Below are positions 1 to 8,404 of a stretch of DNA of 20,000 nucleotides, in pieces; within the stretch, counting starts at the first letter, position 1; every line of letters begins with the position of its first letter. Location: positions 49,625-69,624 of the forward strand of contig JALAGF010005467.1 in assembly GCA_030167865.1 (NCBI GenBank), written 5' to 3'. The DNA is from Craspedostauros australis (Eukaryota). Under the pieces are notes generated by a model that saw only the letters and a list, made by a program, of their open reading frames with translations, was not told the DNA's origin and ran no database searches. The position numbers were made by a program, and so were the translations under genes.

Positions 1-400
1 ATCAGTCATGTTTCGTGAATGCGAGATTGCAACAAGGTTGTAGGACTCGTAGAATACCAATTTGAGGCTAGACACACGTGCGCGTCAAGGGAGAAGAGCC
101 GAGCTCGTCATTGTTCCTCACTGAGTTTCCTGGACCAGAAAATGCTCGCCAAAGCGAATGCGGGAAGTTGTGCGGTGCTTCTGTTTCGTCAGAGCAGATT
201 GTCACATGTTGTAGATGCGTGCAAGGCGACAGCAAGGCACGGGAATTCCGCTGAAACTGTCACACGTTCGCATTCGACCACTCTGACTAATCATCAACTT
301 CGTACGTGACTTGATTGGAACGACTCAACACTCGGAGTATATCCACAATGATAACGTATATAACCGTTTAATGTTTGAAATCCGAACACCATGTACCCCG

Positions 401-680
401 TCAACAAACGTTGAAAGTGCTCAACAAACGTTGAAAGTGCTCAACAAACGTTGAAAGTGCTCAACAAACGTTGAAAGTACTCAACAAACGTTGAAAGTAC
501 TGAACAAACGTTGAAAGTACTGAACAAACGTTGAAAGTACTCAACAAACGTTGAAAGTNNNNNNNNNNNNNNNNNNNNNNNNNNNNNNNNNNNNNNNNNN
601 NNNNNNNNNNNNNNNNNNNNNNNNNNNNNNNNNNNNNNNNNNNNNNNNNNNNNNNNNNNNNNAACAAACGTTGAAAGTGC
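401..680. repeat. 20-bp tandem repeat (minisatellite), consensus TCAACAAACGTTGAAAGTRC, interrupted by an assembly gap
   Basis: Units start at 401, 421, 441, 461, 481, 501, 521 and 541 (the last truncated by Ns). Variants are GTGC/GTAC at the unit end and TCAAC/TGAAC at the start. A final partial unit at 663-680 is in exact 20-bp phase. There are no spacers between units. Confidence 0.97.
559..662. other. Assembly/scaffold gap (104 N) inside the tandem array
   Basis: Run of N from 559 to 662 with repeat units on both sides. The true array length is unknown. Confidence 0.99.
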
Positions 681-1016
681 TTCGTTGACGAATAACGCTT
701 ATAACGTCAATTAAATGGTGAAGATGAAATTCAGCGATGTGGGATTGACAAGATCGACCAAAGGTTAATTGTCCTACACACGATTGAATCGTGGACTGAC
801 CACGAACATCCGAACACCAGTTTCAGTGGAATTCCCGTGCCTTGCAGACTTTTTGCCAAAGCCGATTCGAGTTGTGACGCTGGATGTTCATGTTTTGCAT
901 TCGTCATGGGGAACACTGGGACTCCCAGGTACTCTGTTCTACTCCGTGCATACACGAGCACGTACCATACTGTAGTCTCGTTGGCCTAGCTATGGTTTAT
1001 GAAGATGCGGATCCGC

Positions 1017-2168
1017 CTATATTGCGGACGTGACGCAAGGGTTGCTCAGCGCTGCCAGTGCGACTGCGCATTCGATCGACGGACGCTTGCTCTGTTGAAA
1101 CCGCACCATGGAAGTTTTCGTGCTTTGGTGCTCGAGGTTGGGTTCGTTGTTGGAGGGTTGATAAGGCCGCCTCTTGAAACATGACTTTAACGTACCGTTA
1201 GATGGTTGCGACTGCGCTAGCATGTTGCCTCCACGAACCCCCAACGAGGGATTGCTAAGTATTCGTGGCGATGCCAACGGAGAGGCAACAAACAGCGGTC
1301 TTGTGTCAGAGCCTGCCGTGATCACAGCGTCGCTGTTGGCGTTGTTGCTAGGATTGTAGCCGCTGCTTCCGGCGGTGATGTTGCTGGTGATACTGCTAAT
1401 GCTGTTCGTGCGTTGGCGGCCATCCATGTTCGCCGTGATGATGATGTTTGGAGCACCGTTTGCACCGGCAAGCTGGAGTGGTGCGTCCCACGTGCATTCG
1501 TACCGCCTGGCCAAGGTCGGCGGCAGTGGTAGCGGCATGCCAACGGGAAGGTGTTGGATGGGAGCCGTGAAGGTGTTGCCGAAGTTCATGTCGACAGGAT
1601 GGATCGGCAGTCCCCAAACGGATTGGATGTCGCTGTTGTCGAAGTTGACGCTGTTGCGGTCTTCGTGTCGCTGGTTTGCGGCAGGAGCACTGTTGTTGTT
1701 GTTGTTGCTGTTGTTGTTGATACCTGTGCTACTGTTGCCACGTGGTCTAGCATTGCGTTGTCGGCGCCTGCCTTTGGTCCCTGCCCCCGCTGCCATCACA
1801 GGCGCTGGTGCGAGCGGCGCGAACGGCACCGATTGGTCGCTGATGGATACCTGGCGCCTTCTCTTTGTGACACGTTCTGATGTTGCCATCGTTGTTGCCG
1901 ATCTTGGTGGTCCTGCCGTCATGAAATTGTCTCTCCTGTTTGTGTTTGTACTAGCAGCACATGCAACTGGAGCCTCTCTCTTCATCTGCATCTGCATCTT
2001 GGCTTGTTCTGCGCTTCCTCTGTTTATGGGACGAATATTGTTGTTGTTGTTGTTGCTGTTGTTGCTGTCGTTGTTGTTGTCGATCCGTCTAGGAGATCCG
2101 TTGTGATGGGTTTTCTCGGAGTCTTTGGGCATCAACCGACGATCGCAGGCCAATCCACCCATCTTCAT
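1017..2168 (-). CDS. Hypothetical low-complexity, probably disordered protein (383 aa, single exon), possibly a nuclear regulator
   Basis: 1152-nt ATG-initiated ORF with an in-frame stop upstream at 2202-2204. It has poly-Asn tracts, basic NLS-like clusters (TKRRRQ, KGRRRQR, FKRRP) and short motifs LPVGMPLPLPPTL and ECAVALAALS. It is the first ATG downstream of a TATAAAAG box at 2486-2493. No recognisable family. Confidence 0.6.
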   Translation of the reverse strand: MKMGGLACDRRLMPKDSEKTHHNGSPRRIDNNNDSNNSNNNNNNIRPINRGSAEQAKMQMQMKREAPVACAASTNTNRRDNFMTAGPPRSATTMATSERVTKRRRQVSISDQSVPFAPLAPAPVMAAGAGTKGRRRQRNARPRGNSSTGINNNSNNNNNSAPAANQRHEDRNSVNFDNSDIQSVWGLPIHPVDMNFGNTFTAPIQHLPVGMPLPLPPTLARRYECTWDAPLQLAGANGAPNIIITANMDGRQRTNSISSITSNITAGSSGYNPSNNANSDAVITAGSDTRPLFVASPLASPRILSNPSLGVRGGNMLAQSQPSNGTLKSCFKRRPYQPSNNEPNLEHQSTKTSMVRFQQSKRPSIECAVALAALSNPCVTSAI

Positions 2169-2485
2169 TCTTCTTTGTTCTGTCGTCGTCTGAGAGCGAT
2201 GTCAGCTCGGAGGAGGAGTTCCCTTTGCCTCTGCTTTCTGTTTTCTGCTGCCGGTGTTTTGTATGATGCCCGCAACTGGAGTTCGAAGGTTCTTTTGGGC
2301 GCCACAATTTGGAACTCGATTGTGGACGTGGTGGAGGTTGTTGATGTGGTTGACGCGGTTGATGTGATGGACGTTGGGATGGGTATGTGGCGATGTTGAC
2401 GTTGACGTTGTTGCAGATGTTGTTGCGGTTGTAGTTGCGGTTGTTGACGAAGAGGCGCCCTCACAAAGGGTTGCCTGGATGGATC

Positions 2486-2493
2486 CTTTTATA
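2486..2493 (-). promoter_or_regulatory. Putative TATA box (TATAAAAG) for the 1017-2168 gene
   Basis: Plus-strand CTTTTATA reads TATAAAAG on the minus strand. It is followed by about 290 nt of CAA-rich, ATG-free leader up to the ATG at 2168. Confidence 0.4.
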
Positions 2494-3132
2494 CCTTCCT
2501 ATCTCATGGAAGTTTGTGGGCGGTGATGGAGATGTGTTGTGTGCCGTTGTTGGGCCCTTGCATTTGTTCCAAAGCAGAAGCGGCAGTTCTCCCTCGCTGG
2601 GACCAACATAGCATCGGATTGAACATCACGTGTCCCAAGAGGAGAGAGAGAGGCCACAATCGCTGCAACACCGGCACCAACACCAACACTCTGCTCAGCT
2701 CTCCGGACATGTACGACTATCATACATAGCATCACCACAGTCATCATTGCGCACTGCCTCTTGTCTCTTCTTTCCAATGGCGCCTCACTTCCGCTTCCGC
2801 TCTCTCACCTCTTGCTTCTCCTGCTTCCGGTGATCAGATCGAAGTCGGATGTTGCACTTTCGGTCACAAACGACCTTCGCTCACATTTTGGGAAAACGCT
2901 GAAGTGACATCAAGAACGTCCCACGGCGATTCAACGCAGTCCACCTTTTCACTCGTTGGCTCTGCGCAAGAAGAGAGAGGACAAACTTCTTGACCCAATT
3001 TTGTTCGGTTCAGTTCTTCAGCTCGGAAGTTGAGCAATTGTTCGCTTTCACTTCTCCCTAAATGACCAATGATTCTCGGAAGATGTGATTGCGATCCGTG
3101 ATCACATCCCCACGGAGGTCACAGCAAAGAGG

Positions 3133-3140
3133 TGACGTCA
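3133..3140. promoter_or_regulatory. Palindromic TGACGTCA (CRE-type bZIP site; contains the TGACGT core bound by aureochromes) in the divergent intergenic region
   Basis: Exact TGACGTCA about 530 nt upstream of the ATG at 3666, with several CCAAT/ATTGG words nearby (about 3066, 3167, 3194, 3230). Motif match only. Confidence 0.3.
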
Positions 3141-3665
3141 TGATGAGAACAATGAGTCGTGTACATATTGGTCAATTTAGTCAAAGGCCTATATTGGTCG
3201 ATTGAGTCGCAATAGTGTCATTCCACCAACCAATTCGCTCGGGCGAAAGGAAAGAAGAAGAAAAGCACAAAGAATCAATCAAAGCGAAGCCATCAAAATC
3301 AAACAGAGAAAGATCGCGACGTCTCGCAGCACAGAAACCACCAGACACATCAACGATAGCACTGTCCGTACCAGAGTGCGAGAAGTGGAGTGGAGGTCTC
3401 CGACCAATAGCATCACCAACAGCACCAACAGCCATACCAGCACTCCGACAGCACTGTCGCCCATTTGGTCAGGCGATTACTCCACCAAACCTATTATAAT
3501 AGAATACCATATAGAATACCATACATCACAACTCTGAGCGCAACCGTATCAGTGGTCGCGAACTAGTCGATAGAGGAGTCCGTGTCTCAAAAGCTCCACA
3601 GAGCACACCACTCGACCATCCGACACCCAATTCCGAGCCATCAACTGCCACCACCTGCCATCAAC

Positions 3666-6320
3666 ATGAAAGGACAAGCACCAGTCGTGCTGGTGGCCTT
3701 GGCCGTCGGCATCACCAATGCTTTTGTCGCCGATGCATTCATCACCTCTCCATTTGTCAACATCCCGCGCGGATCTTCGATTTCCATTCATGAGGAAGGG
3801 CAGCGTGACATGGGCATCCGGCCATGGATGATGCGACGACTCGATACCATTACTCGTTGCAACAGCCATCAGATCAGCAATCAGAAAATCTACAACGGCA
3901 ATAACCTGCCAATGGTAGCGCTGTCGGCAACCAGATCGACAAAGAACGAGGAAGATCAAAGTGCCACCATCGACATTCCTACCAATGTCGATGCCGATCT
4001 CGATCGCAGTACCAATGTGAGCGGCGACAAGGAGGCACCACAGATCCAAGATGCTGTTACCGATGCCAGCAACGACAACAACGACGACGATGATGCACAA
4101 ATGGATGACGAAGAGCTGTTGCGCGAGGCCACGATCGAAATGTTGCAGGATCTGTGCGATCAGTTCCGACTGTCGAAGGATGGATCCAAGCCGGTCCTAT
4201 TGCAACGCCTCCGAGATTTCGCGGAAGAAAAAGCAGAGCAGGAGCGTCAGAATCTTCTCGAGCGCAAGAAACGCGTGGAAGAGGGTACAGGCAATGAGAA
4301 GGAACGATACGAGATTGTGGAGAGTGGTAGCAAGCCATTAGATGACGATGCGATGGAAGACGAGGCGGAGGTCGGGTTCTTCTATTATCAGAGCCCTCAG
4401 GTGGACGAGTCAAACTCAAAGAATAAAACCGTGACTTCCACAAAGTCAGGAGATGGCGAAGAGACGTCAGTGTCCACCGATGTGCAAGCTACGGATAAAG
4501 ACGACGATGACGCTGCAGATGAAGACGACGACGAGGATGATGACGAGGATGATGGCGATGATGACGATGCAACACCTCACATAACCGCCGAAACCAAATG
4601 GGCGGTCATGGAGAGAGACAACTACAAGAAGTACCCGACGATGCCTCCGCCGCCAGACATTGAACCAAACGAGAAGGGAGAACGAGTTGTGACCGTGTAC
4701 TCCACCACGGACATAAATGACTTGACGGGCGTTGCTGCAGCCCAACCAGGGCAGATCGGAAACATGGATCCCATGGTGGCTGGAGGTGACGATGCGCAGA
4801 GAAGCGCGTGGGATACGAGCGCAGGCGCCGCGGGGGCCCAGACCAAGGGCGCGCACACGGATTCGCAGCTCGATGAGGCCAAGGAGAAGGTTGCGGAGCT
4901 TGTGTCCGCGCTGCTGACCATGACGGGTGCTCCTGGATTCCTGCAAGACCCGGATGAACTCTCCATGATGGGAGTGATGCGCCGTTCCAAGTACACATCG
5001 CCGGACGGATACAAAGGTTTCGATCCCCGGGAGGTATCCAGCGACGACCTCAGCGCCACGTCTCGCTTCTTGAGAGCGGGCCGCGGTCAGGTTCTGGGAT
5101 CTGTGATGGACGAATTCGAACTGCGCGCCGTGGGATACGACGGTCCGGCAGGTGACGACAAGAGGAAGGGCGGCGGGCATTACCGAGAGGCTATCAAGGT
5201 TCGAACATTCCTTGAAGGATACCGCAAGGCCGAAGTTGGTCGCATCGCCCGTGAGACGGTGACGATGCTGCTGGACAAGATGGCGTCGGAGGGGATCGAA
5301 GAATGGGACATCACTCTCTCCAGCATGACTAGAAGCAGCGATGACACCAGCGATGATGGTGGTGAATTGAACGATTCTCTCATCGATTACTTGACCGACG
5401 CCATTCGTCAGCAGGAGAAGAAGGTGGAGAGGATCGCAAAAGGCCGCAAGAACATCCCACCACCCGAGCAACATGAAGACACCAAGGTTGCTGAGGTTGC
5501 CAATGCCACAGGCGATGCTTCCGACAAGGCGCCAGCCCCAGGCGAGGAAGATCGCTTGCAGGAGCTGTGGAAGACGGAGACACATGATGGGGAGAAGGTC
5601 GAGACCTTCGATCCCAACAATCCGGCTGCTAAGCGCATTCTGGAGGAGGAGCTCAAGAAGTCCCAAAACGAAGTCATCCAACCACCCATTCCAACGTCGG
5701 CAGAGGAGAAGCTGCTCTTGTTGCTCAAGGTGTTGAAGGAACGCATTCAAGTCGAGGCCGCGTTCGGCTTTGATGAAAAGTCCAGGAACCTGCGCGTGCT
5801 GTCGTACTGCTGTCAGCTTCCGACCAACGCGCTGCGCACGGAGCTTATTTTGAAGGAGTTTGGGACGTCCCTGAATGTGAGTACGAGCATCTATCTACGC
5901 ATGATATCATTGTCTACAACGTTCGTGATGATGATGATGATGATGATGATGTGTCTGATTCTGTTACACCTTTCGCTCTCTGACTGTCAACATGTTGCTC
6001 TGGGTTCTCACGTATTATTCCACTTCCAACCTCGTCTCATTTCGCTTTCTCCATCACTATCGCAACAATGACAACGATGATGACAACGACTGCAACGAAT
6101 GGCAATACTCTCAATGTACCATATTGTCATGGTTTGACAGCGCTTGGACTCCTTCGTCGAGCTCATCTCGAGTTCCGTGGAGTACGTGGAGAGCACTTCG
6201 TACCAGCTGAAACCGGGAGGGGACACGAAGTTGAACCCGCGCATGCTCAAAAGCATCCTGGAATTGGCGGCGGAGGTCCGGGAGAGTCAGAGTTTGAAGG
6301 CAGCCGCAGCACAGCGTTGA
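3666..6320 (+). CDS. SAP-domain-containing acidic protein with probable bipartite plastid-targeting presequence (~796 aa; exons 3666-5876, 6141-6320)
   Basis: The first in-frame ATG at 3666 gives the hydrophobic signal MKGQAPVVLVALAVGITNA-FVADA-FITSP followed by an S/R-rich transit-like stretch. A SAP motif (LREATIEMLQDLCDQFRLSKDGSKPVLLQRLRDF) lies at 4119-4220 and a long D/E tract at ~4497-4570. The phase-0 intron 5877-6140 (GTGAGT...TTGACAG) joins ...FGTSLN to RLDSFVELISSSVEY...KAAAAQR*, ending at TGA 6318-6320. Confidence 0.85.
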
Positions 6321-6887
6321 GGTGTGCAGCGTGATGCAAGCAATGCAATGAAGCACAAAGCACAACAGAACAGGAGTAGGAAATGGTAGCACTGTAGGAA
6401 CAACAAGACGTCCACTAACGGTTTTAGGGAAGATACCTTGAAGAATTCTTCAATGAACTGGAGTCGTTCCCCTCATGTTGGATTGTTTCACATATTATGA
6501 TTAGCATCGCACAGTTGTTGGCGATAACATCGTGTAAATTGAAGAGACACTTTTACTGCGCCGTTCATATCCGCATTGCGCAGGTAACAAATACAATCAA
6601 GATTTACTTTTAATATCTCATGGTCGTAGTAGTAAGATGTACATTGCGAAGTTCCATCCATGGCGTTTCTGTGAAGCGCGTTTGTTTTCCGCTTCCACCC
6701 TATCCATACAACGGATATGTGTTGTGGATTGCTTCGTTTGGTTGTGTTGTGTTGAACTGAGCGTTACACAGAGTGGGACTTGTCCCTACTCCATTCCATT
6801 GGTCTGCGCTCCCATTCCAACAAGCGTGCGCGGTAGGGGGCATCATTGACACCACACCCGATCGCGTATCCATCGTCAGCGGACTGA

Positions 6888-7600
6888 TTATGGGTTCTGC
6901 TTGGTCTCGGCCTTGACTGGGACCTTGGCCTTGACCTTCTCAACCTTCTCGACGCCCTCTGGCTTGTCGACAGGTCTGGACAGGACCATGAGCAGTGTTC
7001 CAGTGTTGTACTTCATTCCTCCCTTGACACTGTCGTGGATGACGTTCATGAGGTCGACCCAATGCTTCTCATCCTCACGGGTCATGCGGGCATATCCCTT
7101 GTTGGAGATGTAGTTGAATGCCTGTTCGTTGGATGCATCGATGTTCAGCAGAGCAGTGGAGTTCGTTAACAGTGCATGGAAGGTGGGGAGTGGGTGAGAA
7201 GTTTGCGCTTGCGTGGTGGTGGTAGATACAGCAGCGGCATTTGTTTGTTTGTGCAAGCCAACGCATGCATGCCCATGATAGAACGCCATGCCGCTACGCC
7301 TCTTAATCCAAGATCATCATCTGATCCCATGGGCTTGCTGAACTGCAGTTGACTCCATTGGCGACTGCTGACTGTTCAGCACATCATCAGTGTCGTCGCC
7401 AGCATTGTCATTGCCACCACGCGAAGCGCCACACATGCTACGCAACTCACCTCCTCGAAGAAGTCGAAGTAGACGCGGTTTCCTTGCTCCTCGCGAACGA
7501 GGAAGTCACCCTTTTCAAATCCGGCAGAGATGGTAGCGATGTTCATTGGAGTGATTTCTGGAGCGGCAACGATGGCTTCCTCTGGTTGTGCACTCGACAT
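6888..7600 (-). CDS. Small hypothetical protein (~127 aa; exons 7600-7451, 7121-6888)
   Basis: ATG at 7600 (MSSAQPEEAIV...VYFDFFEE), donor GTGAGT at 7450 and acceptor AACAG ending at 7122. The phase-0 join continues AFNYISNKGYARMTREDEKHWVDLMNVIHDSVKGG...KQNP*. Both exons have coding-like, GC3-rich codon use. Family not recognised. Confidence 0.7.
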
Positions 7601-8404
7601 TGACTGGTGGTGGTGATGCTAAGATCTGGTATTTTATGTGGACGTCAGGCAACAGTGCTGGCGATGATGGTGCTGTTGCTGTTGTTGTCGCTGTTGGTGG
7701 TGGTGACTGTGGTGGTGTTGACGGTAACGACTGTGGCGACTGTGGTGGTGTTGACGGTGATCTGGCGCGAGCGCGAGTGCAAGTCCGCGAGGTTGTTTGG
7801 CGAGTGTTGTTTCGCGACATGGAGGGTGAGTCTCTTTTCCAAATTCGCAGACGATTGGTAGATGACCGTTGGGATTCACGCGCATTTAATTGTGTTCGGG
7901 CACGCTCGTGTTCCTGACTTTTAACAGCTCTTTTTTACCATTTCTTCATTCATGAATAAAGTATAAATCGCCAGCTACGTATAACCAAGGTTCTTAGGAC
8001 TAGCCTCATTCGTAGATTGGCAGAACACGGACTGGAGATTTGCCTTCGCTTGGTGGCCAGCACAAGATGGATGTTGATGGCGTTGCAGGAGAGAGTGAAG
8101 ATCTCTGTTGAACAGGCTAGAGTAGAGCAGAGTTGCATTGATCCACGACCACCATGCCATAATAATATTAGATAGCACCAACCAAGTGTGAATGTTGTTT
8201 AGAGTTAGAGTAGGCTTCCTCTCTCTCTAGAGAGAAAGTGAACTGAGAGCGAGTGTTGACCTTGGATTTGAATCGTCAGCATTCATCGGACGTGCGCCAT
8301 CAAACAAAGTGTTGAAGACGAATGTCAAAGTCTGGATGGCTGGACTGTGCCATACCAAACTCCAGACAGATAATACTATGGTATGGTAGGACTTCTATGA
8401 TACC

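Noticed and set aside
461..667. 68-aa ORF on the minus strand
   Set aside because: Artefact of the N gap and the tandem repeat.
401..680. CRISPR array (palindromic repeat with a ...GAAAG-like end)
   Set aside because: Units are directly abutting with no unique spacers, the unit is only 20 bp, there are no cas genes and the context is eukaryotic.
1375..2106. 243-aa Leu-rich plus-strand ORF resembling a membrane protein
   Set aside because: Antisense shadow of the poly-Asn (AAC)n tracts in the 1017-2168 gene.
3582..3665. N-terminal extension of the SAP gene from the GTG at 3582
   Set aside because: Non-ATG start in a eukaryote; the signal peptide begins at the ATG at 3666.
4467..5750. 427-aa antisense ORF
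   Set aside because: Shadow of the GC3-rich sense gene, with no recognisable motifs.
5877..6071. Hydrophobic poly-Met C-terminus of the 829-aa ORF
   Set aside because: Read-through into an intron (GTGAGT donor, (ATG)n microsatellite); the true C-terminus is exon 6141-6320.
7930..8200. Possible degenerate mobile-element fragment between genes
   Set aside because: No transposase or RT motifs, TIRs, LTR ends or TSDs recognisable; only short ORFs.
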